In this document: positions 27,077-39,400 of the stretch, piece after piece
Position numbering within the stretch: the stretch's first letter is position 1
Layout of the letters: every line of letters begins with the position of its first letter
The notes under the pieces: model-generated
Told to the model about the DNA's origin: nothing
Database searches by the model: none
The model's input: the letters and a program-made list of their open reading frames with translations, nothing else
Position numbers and translations under genes: made by a program
Assembly (NCBI GenBank): GCA_965202585.1
Contig: OZ241829.1
Coordinates: 31,062,001 to 31,126,000 of the forward strand
DNA: 64,000 nucleotides
DNA from: Thalia democratica
Taxonomy: Eukaryota
Direction of reading: 5' to 3'

Positions 27077-28064
27077 TACATTAAATAACATTTCTGCAAA
27101 TTTTTTAAATTGAATAAATAAAGAATTTGTTTTTATTGGATGTCAAATAGTTTTAGCTTATATCTAGCTTTGATTTTGGGATCTTAGGAAAAAAGGGCGC
27201 AAGTAATCACCTAAAACAAATATCTGTAATTATATTCATTTAAAATTATTTTAAAGAAATACAATCAAACTATAGATACCTTGTTTATGAATTTTAAATG
27301 TTGTAAAACCTTTAATTTTTGACTTCAACAAAACATATTAGTTTACAACAAATTTATAAAAACATTCTAAGCTTTTTTTTTTTTTTTGCTAAAAAAATGA
27401 AGGGAACTAATTTTTTTTTAATATTTCTTGATTTGCTTATCATAACTTTTTAAAGTTTGTATGCAATAGTTATTCAAAACTAAAAACTATAACTCTGAAT
27501 AGCTGACTTAATAATGTTTAAGTTTTAAGTTTTAAAAATTATATGTAAATAGTAAGTTCTTTACTAAAATTTACTATTCCCATTTATTCAATAACTTTGT
27601 TTTTTTAAACAATTTGAATATTTAAAATAACAATTTTATTTAATGAACACTAAATAACTTTAAATTTTTTTTGAAACCAGGATACTTTGAAAACTTTTTA
27701 AGAAATAAGCAGACTTCCAATGTATAAGTTTGTTCAAGTTAAAAATTAACATCTAAAAAGTCTATATGTTTGAAACACTTCTCTCTATGTCTTTTTTATG
27801 AATAATTAGTTGTTGACTAAAATAAAAACTAAAAAACTAGGAGTCAAAAAGGTTCTTACCCTAACACATAAGTAGTTCAAAAACATTCCTCAAAACAAGA
27901 CTATAAGTTTCTTATCAAAAAGTTACAACAACAAACGCAAGTCTTTTCAAAAAATTATCTGTTGTTGACTTTACATATATACATGAATTTAAAATTAAAA
28001 CGTGAATATTGTGTTTCATTAACTTTAATTAAAAACGAAGCTTGTCAACAAAAATCCTAAAATA

Positions 28065-28140
28065 TCCTGGACAAGACGTTAAAAGGTATCCGTGGTGTGC
28101 GACTTGATAACCGAAAGGTTCTTTGAACACCAGGTCCTAG
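28065..28140 (+). repeat. About 76-bp structured dispersed repeat, copy 1
   Basis: TCCTGGACAAGACGTTAAAAGGTATCCGTGGTGTGCGACTTGATAACCGAAAGGTTC..GTCCTAG. 70/76 identical to the reverse complement of the copy near 34031-34106. Confidence 0.85.
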
Positions 28141-28278
28141 CATTAAAATTTATTAGCATTTTTTGGTCATTAAATAAATTATTGTTGTTGTATGTTTCAA
28201 ATGGGTTAAAAACCAAAAGTACTCTAAAAAAAACTAGCTTTAGAGGGCTAGTTAGTATACTTGAAGATCAGTCTAAAC

Positions 28279-31200
28279 TAGGGTTTTCCAAAGTAGTGAT
28301 ATCGCCCCCTGGGGGCGAATTTTAGTAAAGGGGCGAAAGGGGGGGGGGCGATAACTAGTAAGGGGGCGAATGGGTGCGAATTATAATTTTGGGTAGTCAT
28401 AAAATTTTTACTTTCTAGTTTCTATCTTGTTATTTTAGTAGATTTAGCTTGCCATTAAATATTTGACCCTTAGGTAAAACTTTAACAAAAAAAGTCCTTT
28501 TTTTTACGTAAAGTATAGATTTCATTTCGAACATGTAGATAAGAATGTAGAGTTTTTCAGAAAACTTCGAGCTGAGAAAACAAAACAGTGTAAAATCACA
28601 AACATGTTCAAGAAATCTACACAAAGCATTGAAGATGGACAATTAGCTTTTTATTATCTTCTCTCATAGTTGCTAAACAAGGACTGCCTCACACCGTTGG
28701 GGAAAAAACGTTTACTCCTGTCTTAAAAGCAGTTTTTAGTTGCAAAAAATTTGAGCCTCCGTTTAAATGACTCATTAAACTTTGTGATAAAAGCTGTCAA
28801 CGTAATAAAGAGGCATGCTTTACAAAGTTGTCTGTTTAAAAAGCTGTGCAATGACAATGATGAGGTTTTTGATAAATTGATAATTTATACAGAAGCGAAA
28901 TGGATATCAAAAGGAAACTGTTTAGAAAGTTTTTGGCTGTTTTTAATTCAATTACTGATTTTTGTTCTCTGAAAATGATAAGGTATTGGCAGACAATCTT
29001 CTTAAAAGAAAAGTAGATATTGCTTACATGTTAGACTTATATGGTGAGATCAAAAATCTGACCAAAATTTTATAAGGTAAATTTTGTAAAAGTCAAAAGT
29101 AAGATAATCAATTTCAGAAACCAACTTGAACTGTATGGAAAAAAATTCTAAAATAATCAGTTTACACTATTTGCAAGTTTGGAAAACTTAAAACTTCAAA
29201 TAAGTGAAGGTGAAGTAGAAACATTTTTATCTCATCTGGAACAGCTTAAAGGTGATATTGATAAACGGTTTACTGACGTTTTTCAATTAAACGTCCCGAA
29301 GTGGGTTATGGATCCCTTTGAAGCAGATCTTTTTGAAGTAAACGTTGACTTACAGGAAACTTTCTTAGACTTACAAACTGACCTTGAACTTAAAGTAAAT
29401 TTTATCCAAAGAACGATATGAAAGCTTTTGAACTCAACAAAAACTCGGGCAAAAATATACAATCATTTGGGAGGAAGTTAGATTGTTGTTTATAGCTTTT
29501 CCTTCTAGCTATGTTGTTGAGAAAGCTTTCAGTTCAGTTATCAACATCTTGAGCAAAAGATATAATCTAGATATATGTAAAGGAGGTGACTTAAGGCTTT
29601 ATTTGACTGATTTAGAACCAGGTATTGAAAAACTTGCAAGCAGTCATGAAGGTCATCCTTCACATTAGATTAGACTTCAGTTGAAGACATTACTTTCTGC
29701 AAGGTCTTCAATTTTATTTGATATAAAAAATTCTTATTTAAGCTGGTTTGTATTGTATTTAAATAGTCTTTTTATAGTAAAAATTTTATTAAGTTGTTTA
29801 TTCTACAAAAGGTTTGCTTAAAAGCTTATATAAATAAATCTTTTTTAATGAATGTTTATTTTATGTTTTAGTGGATTTTAAGTTTATTCATAAAATTATT
29901 GCCTCATGACATATTGAAATCTGCCATTTTGTAAAAAAATGATAATGCATTTTTGAGTTCGCGCTTTTTGATTTTGTTCAAAGTGCAAATTCAAGCGGAA
30001 GTCTATTGTATTTATTGAGTGGTTTATGTTTTAACTTGGTTAATTTTCTATTTTATATTTGTCGTTTTAATTACACTAAAAGTTTTTTTAGCACAGTGAA
30101 TAAAATATTTGTTTAAAAGATATTTATTTGACATATTTTTGTTATTACTTTTTTATATAAGTATAAGTAAAATAACTTTGTAAACCATTAAAGTTTTGAT
30201 TTCAAAAAATATTTTTTGACTTTAAAAGAGTATAGATTTAAGGTCTCTATTTGTAATTACTTTAACTATTTCACTAAAAAGATTCTTAAAGTCAGTTGTA
30301 TTTTCTAACTTGATTTATTATTGCTAGAAAATCTGTATATTAAAGAATTTTAAACAATTAGTACAACTGTTTTTTGTTTTATCTTAATTCAAAATATTTT
30401 GACAATTAAAATGTGTTGTTTTTTTTAATGTTTCAATCCTAGCTTTTAATTTTTCACTATTTTCCTTTGTTAAATTATTGTAGGTTGATGGCTAGAAAAC
30501 AAATTCATTTTTGAACAGAATTAAATAAGCCATAAAAAAGACTGCAACAGTTACAAAACAGAAGTTTAATCTAATAGAAGAATTCTTAATTGATTACTTT
30601 CTGTTCACAAAATTAACTGTAAACCTTTAATTTTTATTTTTCAAATTTAAATAAAGAAAATAAAATATTGCTAGGATTAATGTTTAGTTTTCTAAAGACT
30701 ATTGTAAGTCAAATACTGTTTCATGGTATTCTTCTACGAAACATATATTTTAAAAAGTTAAACATTAAATTTTTAATTTTACAACTATTTTGCTTATAAT
30801 ATATTTTAGCATTGAAATTAATATTGTTTCTGAATTAACTGAAGCTATTGATAAAACTTTTCATGTGAGATAATCAACCAGTTGGTCAAACTTCCTAAAA
30901 CTAGATCAGCAATGATGTTTTAATATCTATTTCAGATGTGTAAAATAAGCTGTTCATTCTTTTGTAGTTTTTTAATCTATGGTAAATTAATTTTAGAATA
31001 TGCCTATTTATAATATGATTTAAGTATATTGTGCGACTTGAATAAGTTACTTAGCATTCAAAGTGTCTTAAATTCTAAATGTCCGAAATTCTTTATATTA
31101 GAGATTATTATAATATCAGGTTTCAGTTAAGATTTTAGATGGGTAATATACGGTCCAGATCCAGTCAAATTTCGGCCCGCTAAGTAACTTGAAAACTATT

Positions 31201-32336
31201 TGTGCAAAACAAATAAAATTTAGCTTTTTGATACATAATACTTTGAAATACGCTTTCAATTTGGTTTTCAGTTCACAATAGCACTTCCTAGATCACAATA
31301 ATAGTAAATCTATATTACAATTTTTCTCGGGTTTTTTAATTTTCTTATATGCTAGCTTTTTAAATTATGCAGCCCGCAAGTACACAAGTCGACACTAGAA
31401 AGAATTTTTTAGTAAAAACAACTTGCTAACTACAAAAATTGTCCACAACTAACCTAAAGGTTTCAATAGTTTCAAAACAATTCATATTTAAACAGAATCG
31501 ATTATAGATTACAAAAGGCTTTTTAATGTTTAAGTTTTTTAATACACTTTACTGGGCTTATAAGAAAGTAACTGTAAACTATTTTTTCAAGCCCTGAAAT
31601 TACTTTGAACACAGTCCAAAAGTGCGTGCATTAGAAATTCCAGACTAAATTACATTTCTATCGCTAACCGGAGTGTTCTACTTATACAATGTTAGGGGCC
31701 TGGTTTATAACGCAACGTGCGCTTTAACTTGTTTAATAAATGTACCCAAGCTAACGCTTAAAGTGTATTTGATAAGTAAACTAATATAACTTACGTACTA
31801 TTTACTAAAGATTTAATGAATAAGTTACTTATACTAATGTTAAACATAATTCGAGTCTGTGGTAGTGATTATATTTACAATGAAATTGCGAAACTTCAAA
31901 ATGATAAAATACTGTACAACATAAAACTAATAAATCGAATTATAAATTCTTTTAAAAGACTAGAATACATGAATCAAAGAAGCTGAAAACTACGTGTTCG
32001 TTTAAACAAAACTATAAAGCAATATAGAAGCGAACTAAACTCGCTTAAACAAGATTGAAACCATTCACAACTAAGTACAGCGAAAAGCCGCAATGACTTA
32101 AAATTAGCTGCTACGCAGCCAAAACTAAAAGCCAGTTTTAAGCGTAACTTTACTTTAAATACAAGACAGCTCTCTCGAAAAGGAGAAAATGCAAATAGCA
32201 TTACAGTGCGAATACAACTTTTTTGGCTCAAAAGTGCGTACTAAAGAAAAAAAAAAACTTATAAAATCATGGGGGGAATTTTTTTTTCAAAATTCTGAAA
32301 AGGGGGCAATTTATCAAATGAGTTTGGGAAATCCTG
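28279..32336 (+). mobile_element. Decayed hAT (Buster/Charlie-type) transposon, second copy
   Basis: Degenerate TIRs TAGGGTTTTCCAAA / TTTGGGAAATCCTG. Degenerate TSD GTCTAAAC / CTCTAAAG. GGGCGA subterminal repeats. Long AT-rich 3' region colinear with 3251-6544. Confidence 0.88.
28640..29668 (+). pseudogene. Disrupted hAT/Buster-type transposase
   Basis: Fragments KQGLPHTVGEK, VIKAVNVIKRHALQSCLFKKLC..IYTEAKWISKG (matches the HTEVRWLSRG motif), and C-terminal [39 protein letters not shown]. Stops, frameshifts and internal deletions. Confidence 0.85.
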
Positions 32337-32807
32337 CTCTAAAGCAGCGTTACCTAAACTCGATTTCATAAGCGCTCATTTTGAAGAAATTTAAAAAATA
32401 CTAGCCCCCTAAACTAATTATCGACCCTTTGCTAGTTAACCACCCAAATAAGACTTTGGCACTTATAAGTAGTTCGGGTGTCGCTCAAATTAGGAGTAAC
32501 CCTGATTTAAAGAATATTTAAACTGTAAAACAATCGAACATAACAAGTTTCAGATCAAACATCTTAATATGACGTCATAAACAAAATTTATTATACTTTA
32601 ACAAACCAGTAGAATTTATTGCTAATAAATTACGAATAAAGTATGAATTACAAACAAAATAAAGTTGTTGTTCTGGAACTATTTCTTAACTGTTAGTTTA
32701 ATTTATCGATTGCTTTAACACTTTATAACTAAATCTTTTTATGGCGAATGGTATTATAATTTTACACTTTTTTATAGAATCGGTTTAGGTTAATGATTAT
32801 TATAAAA

Positions 32808-32880
32808 CAGGGGTCGGCAAGCAGTTGGAGCTCGCGGGCCAAATTTCAAGTGTTCAAATTCTTCGCGGGCCACAGTTTTA
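32808..32880 (+). mobile_element. Orphan hAT-like terminus
   Basis: CAGGGGTCGGCAA followed by GCGGGCC motifs, typical of Charlie/Buster-type MITE ends. No partner TIR found. Confidence 0.4.
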
Positions 32881-34030
32881 GTTTTAGTGATATTTAAATA
32901 TATTTTGACTTTAGTTTTGGTCACACCAGAGATAGTTTTACTTTTTTTTCACTTAATTACTTTAAGTGACTTTTAGCTACTTATAGAATGCCTATTTAAT
33001 ATATAAATATCTATTAGAATATAATTTACATTGTTTAATATACTTAAGTCTTAATAAAATATGCACTTTCTTAAACACTTAATATTTTGATTAAACACTT
33101 AATTTGATAAAATATTTTTATAATTTTATTTACAACCTAACTCTCTATAAAAACCCGAGCTTGAAAAACATTTATAGGTCACTTTTATATATTTTTTATA
33201 TTTTGAACCACCTTTTCATATTTGAAAAATGTTAACTTTTAAAAATATTTTATGCGTATTAAATAGTTCGCATTCTTTAGAAAATTCATTAATTAGTTAG
33301 TTAAATAAAATTAATACTGTAGATAAGCTAAATAAAATTTTTTTAACATTATTAATGCTGGAATACTTTAATAAAACACGTTATTAGTAATTAATTAGTC
33401 TTTTACACGGTTGCCACTTTAAAAGCAAAAATGTCTGAATTATATTAAAAGTTTACTAAAAGTTGAAACAGCTAAAAATTTTCTGTTAATCAGGCTTAAA
33501 CACATAACTAAAATATAATTATTATTAAAAAGCACAATATGTAAATAGACAAAAAATTACAATTAGTAAACTACACTAAAGTCATAAAAACTATTCTGAG
33601 AATTCGAAGATTTATTCAAAGTGTTTGAAATAAAAGTTTCAAATACACATGAGTTTTATAAAAATTTCTTAAACAGCTTTAACCTAGTCTGAATTAAAAA
33701 AAATAATTTAAAGTAGTCTGTTTGTTTGGCAAACCTGTTTAGAATAAAGTTCAAAAAATAAAGAAATAACGAAGTTTATTAACAGTGAATTAATTATATA
33801 AAAAAAGATTATTGTTCATCTTGAATGGACAATTAAGTTATTATAATTTTTAACAAATGTATAAAAATTTATTAAGCTGTTTATGAACTAGAAAAACTTA
33901 TTTTTTATTAACCATTGTAGCAATTCTTTATGTGCAATAAAAACATTGCATTTATTTTATATATATATATATAAGAATACAATAATAAAGAAGTTTATTG
34001 AGCGACAAAAAGCGCTCAAAATATTTGATC

Positions 34031-34106
34031 CTAGGACATGGTGCACGAAGAACCTTTTGGTTATCAAGTCGCACACCACGAATACCTTTTAACGTCTTGT
34101 CCAGGA
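34031..34106 (-). repeat. About 76-bp structured dispersed repeat, copy 2 (inverted relative to copy 1)
   Basis: Reverse complement reads TCCTGGACAAGACGTTAAAAGGTATTCGTGGTGTGCGACTTGATAACCAAAAGGTTCTTCGTGCACCATGTCCTAG. Confidence 0.85.
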
Positions 34107-34129
34107 ATAATTTAAAAAAAGAGCAAATG

Positions 34130-34720
34130 TGAATTATAAGACGAGCTATTAGAACTATAATACGTTAGTCTGGAGTTATTGTGAGAGACAAAAAAAAAAG
34201 GCTAAAGTCAGTTTAACAACGCTCATGATTATTCTTAGTAATTACAGACTGATCAGAAAAAAACTGTTTAGGGCAAGTTATAAAGTAACGAAGGTAATTA
34301 CTAAAAAAAGATACCGTTTAGAGTTGAAAATTTATTTAAATAACTTGTGTTGGGGAACTTTAACTGTTTGTAGATGTTAAGCTCACTCTGACAAGCATAA
34401 GCAATTAAACACAAAGTAAAAGAAAATGTTATAAAATTTAATATATTAATTTAAATAAAATATCATACAGCTCTTACTGCATGTTTAAGTAGAATAAGGT
34501 TTCGTCTAAGAACAGCTTTGAGGATCTAGACTAGTCTTTTAAAACTATACATTGGTGGGACCAAAAGGAAATGGAGGTGTCACTTTGAAATATTGTTTAG
34601 AATAAATAAACTTTAAACTGATTTTGATGGAGGACTTTTTAAGCTTAAACAAATTGTAAAAAATGCAAAAAACTGTTACGTTTGTATATTCTATTTTTTA
34701 TAAAAGCCCAAATGCATAAG
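34130..34720 (+). pseudogene. Possible highly decayed hAT transposase remnant
   Basis: Short frames such as ASYKVTKVITKK resemble the hAT ASYKVA..IAK motif. Many stops. Confidence 0.3.
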
Positions 34721-36483
34721 TCATTTTATTTACTTATGATAATTTCAATACCGTTTCGCGAGATTTTTACAACTTAAGTACATCTTCGAAAACAGCCTTC
34801 AGTTTGTTTAATATTCAAGGCTATAAAAGTCCTTTTGATAAGTGAAAATTCTACTTTTTTATTAAACTATACTTTTTTAACATAAGTCAGCTGCTAGCAC
34901 AACATTTTTATCAAACAATTGTATTACTTCTAAAAGGAACGGTATATACGAGCGACGTTTACAAGACAATTCAAATTCAGAGAACTAAAATTCCGACAAT
35001 TCAAATTCTTAAAAGTTTTTTTTTTCTTTTTCGAAAAATCTTATACATTTTAAAATATTTTGAAATTACTAAAAAACAAAGAATTTAGAAAAATAAAACA
35101 GAAACAGTTAACAGTTGCTATAAAAACAGTTTGAATAGTTAGATTTCATTACGTTTCATTATTTTCTTATTGTTATGACTAAAGTTTAACTATTTTTTAT
35201 AAAATATAAGTTGGTATTTACTTGGATGTAACTTTTCTAAACAGTGGTTATTATCTTTACTCTTTGCTAGAAAGTAATAAAAGTATAAGTGTAAGGAAAA
35301 AAGTTGTGCATTCTTCCTTTTAAATTAAAAGTTTGTTTACATTTAAAGCTCTTTGAAACTGTATGAAAAGAATGCGTTAAAAAATGACTGTAAAAAATGT
35401 CAAATTTTTAAATTTTAGCTCTAAAGCATATTTTTTTTAATTTAGATACAAAATTAACAAAAAAAAGCGTAACTTTAAAGATAAGTTTTATTAGTTGGTT
35501 GTTTTAAATCCGGCTTGAACCAAATAATTTTAAAGCAAAGAACCTTTACTTAAGCTTTTTGACACCAAAGAGATATCTAAATTGTACATGCACACTGGTC
35601 AGATATGTTATTTATTTTCACATTAAGAAACAAACATAACAACTGTTTAGTATACCCACTAAAACTGAGAGGGGTGCAATATGTAATGTTTTTAAGTAAA
35701 AGTCTTTCTGTTGGTATAAAAACACTAACTTCACTTACTAATACCTGAACTCATAAAAAACGTCGAGTGTTAATTTTTTTGAAAGTTGGCTATAGATAGG
35801 TAATAAAACGTAACATTAAAACCAAATATTTATTACACGGGCTGTTGCATGAAAATTTTCTTTTCAATGCATGATTTTATCGAGCTTTTGTACTGCATGA
35901 TCAAATATACTTTTTCCCTACTATTTTTACTAATTGTTTACGTTTTTAAAAAAGTTTAACCAATTGACCTAATTGTTTAATCACTTCAATTGTTTTGATG
36001 TATTAATGCAATAAAGTTTCTAAAAATTAATTTTAAAATTATACGTTTTTTTTATATGTTGTAAACAAATGTTTATGAGACGACTAAAATAATTATTTAT
36101 ACCTTATTGAATGTTTAGTGTTATCTGTTGAAAAGACAAAGTTTTAAAATAAACATTTAGCTTAAGCTTTAAATGAAAAACTAAAAGCACTAAACGTTTT
36201 TTATCTAGTTAAAAAGTTTTTGTTTTATAACATGAATTTTTTGATACTGTGATTCAGAAACAGGTTTAAAAAGTTTTAAAATAATTTTTAAATAAAGTAA
36301 AAAAAATTATTAGTCTAGTATTTTTATTTTGTATGACTGTTATATTTCTCTGAAGATTATAATATGATATGAAAAATAAAACACCTTAATAAACATTTAT
36401 TAAAAAAAACTTGAAATGTTACACCAAAAATAGTTTTTTAATTTCTAATAACAATGATAACATCTTATTTATAAACAATAAAG

Positions 36484-39400
36484 CGAAAATGGAGAATTTG
36501 AACTGAACACAAAAGTACCTGACACAATAACTTCTTGGGAGATAAGTGCATTCGCTGTTTCACAAAATGGTGGTCTTGGAGTAGCTGACATATCTAAAGT
36601 TTGTGTACTAGAATATCTTAACTACTTTAGTTAACTGTGAACAAAAAGTGAATAAGTAGTTAATGTAAGTGTATAAAGTGTTAAACATTTAAAACAGCTA
36701 AAAGAACACTTTAAATTTTTAATCAAAATACAGAAAACATTAATCAAATCAATGAGCATCGTTAAAAATTTAAGGTTACAGTATTTCGAAATTTCTTTGT
36801 CAACTTGAACATGCCACTGAAAGTAATCAGAGGTGAGATTATCATCGTGCAAGCAGTCGTCTTCAACTATTTCAAACGAGACTTGACAGTAAGAACACTT
36901 TTGTAAAAAAAAAAGATATCTTTTATTTTTGGTTTATAATAAACTTCTAAAGTTTTGCATTAATATAAAACTATAAAAATACTTTAAATAATTTTACAGA
37001 AAAATAAATCAAAGCATTTAAAAAGTATAAAAAACATTATGTACAAAACATATACCGCACAACTATAATTATTTTATCTTATTATTAATTTTTCCTAGGC
37101 TTCATTGAAACTAGTCGAAAGCGACGACTTCAAACTGGAAATGCCAGTGGACGATCTGGACGTTGCCGGTCCAGACCGCAGGATCACCATTCCCGCCGAC
37201 AGCTCCATTTCCGTTTCCTTCCCAATCAGAATGACGACCATCGGTGACGTGGACATAAAAGTGGTGGCGCTGTCCAACCGTGCTTACGATTCACTCATCA
37301 GAACTGTGCACGTCAACGTTAGATTTGTATATCTTATAATTTGTAAAACTTTATATCTAGTTTCATTTAAAACACATAGTTTAAAAATAGTCAGCAGCAA
37401 TTAATTATAATGCTTTTAATTTTGTTTTTTGACAGGACACTATATACTTATAATTTAATAAACTGTGTATACAGCTTGGCTCAAGTAAAAATATGCTTTC
37501 TAGTAACAACACCTTAACACTAACAGCCTGAAGGAATTGAACAGTGCTTTTCGGAGTCAGTTCTTTTTACGAATGAAGAAGGTGAAACACTTTCGGACGC
37601 ATTCGAGATAATTTACCCTGAAAACGTTGTGCCAGGATCCGAAAGAGCGTCTCTGTTCATTTACGGTATGATTCGTTAAATACAGTTTTTCCACTAATTT
37701 TTATACAAATTATTTTAGTTAATAACAAAAATTAAACATATTTTATTTTTTAAACATTTTAATTAATTTGTAAAAACTGCTGAGTGTCTTAAAGTCTAAA
37801 AAATAACAGATAACCTTTTAAGAAATAGACCGATGAAACTTTTTAATTAAACGTGTTTTATTTTTGTTATAGTCATTTTAAAATAATGCTTATCAAAACA
37901 ACTAATGCAGGTGATGTGATGGGAAGCACCGTGAACAATTTGGGCGATTTGTTGAAAGAACCGACCGGGTGTGGAGAGCAGAACATGGTTTCTTTCGCAC
38001 CTGATGTTTTCATCACCTTGTACTTGGAGAAAACGAACTTTTTGACCAAAGTGCTCAAAGACAAAGCGTACAAACACTTTTTAAAAGGGTTTCAAAATCA
38101 ACTCAAGTAAGTACTGTATGGATAATTAATTACCAAAAACAAATAGATACTAACACAACTATCTGACTTTTTCAATGTACATATGTTAACATTAAAATCT
38201 GTTTTATACTGAAAAATCATATGCAGCACTATTTTTGAAATACAGATACTGTTCAATAAACCAACTTAAGAAATTTTATAGAAAACATTTATGGTTTAAA
38301 ATAATATCTATTAAGATAGCCTATGACTTGTACATTTGCATAGCAGTTTAAACAAGACTTTTAAAAACATTAGTTAATTTTTTTATGTAGCTTTTTTAGT
38401 TTCAATAGTTTCAATTAAATATAATTTTTATTCAAATTTCCTTAGTTTTATAACAAAAGAAAAAGAAATTTTTTTAAATGTTAGATATAGTATTATACGA
38501 ATTTAACTTGGTTCACAACATTATAGAAAGCACTACTGCTAATTTAAATGATTTATTCCTAAAAACTACAAAAGTATGTAGAAATGAATTTTTCTTTTAA
38601 AGAAACTTTTATAGGTTCTAGTCCTCAAACTGCTGCTTGAACACCTATATTGAATTAATTACACTTGACTGCCTACTTACTAGAGTTTTGTGAGTAGAAA
38701 AAGTTTACTAAGTTCTTCAACATTGCATTTTATTTAACTGCGTGCGAAATTATTTTAATATATCAACTCTTTACCTTGTGTTTTATCTGTCTAAGTAGAC
38801 ATTTAAATATTAAACTAAACTTATCTCCGTTTAAGTATATACTAGAAGTCTAAAACTAAAGCAATTTTTTTATTAGTATGTATCTAATTCTTTTTTAACA
38901 ATGCACTAAATATTTTTTTAAAGTGTTCTATTTTCAAGCTAGACCAAATTTAACTTTACTTTAACTTAACTACCTGTTTTTATAAAAAACTATAAAACCT
39001 TGAAGCTTCATACACTTTCTCAAAGCTCTAACAAACGTTTTAAACAAAGGTTTTTGAAACATTTGAAAAAACTATAATGTTTTTGTTCACAGCTTCTAGA
39101 TAATACTTTAAATTTTTTTTTCATAAAAAACTGTTTAAGTTTTTTATTTTTTCAAGTGTTGAATTTAGAACTTTTATAAAATTGTTATTATCGAATAATT
39201 AGAAGTTATTTTAAATTTTTATCTTAGACTAATTTATAGTTAACATAAAATTTTTGAGTGAAAGACTAATTACTTTTGTACGGGAAATAGTTATTTTCTC
39301 TTACAATTTTATCTTCTATAGTTCCAGGCTTTTTTAGCCTGTTCGTTATTCTAAGCTTTAAAAACTCATAAAATCTGCTCAAAATTTAATAAACTGTTTT

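Noticed and set aside
27861-27985. Candidate signal-peptide exon for LRP5/6
   Set aside because: In-frame stops in the required phase. A clean signal exon exists at 24930-24990.
28065-28140. 76-bp repeat as a hammerhead or HDV ribozyme, tRNA, SECIS or Helitron
   Set aside because: No CTGATGA/GAAA hammerhead core in register, no HDV double-pseudoknot order, no cloverleaf or TTCGA T-loop, and helix too short for SECIS. It has TC...CTAG ends but not the A|T insertion context.
33400-33425. CACGGTTGCCACTTT as another MITE end
   Set aside because: Only about 13 bp of similarity with no continuing alignment or partner TIR.
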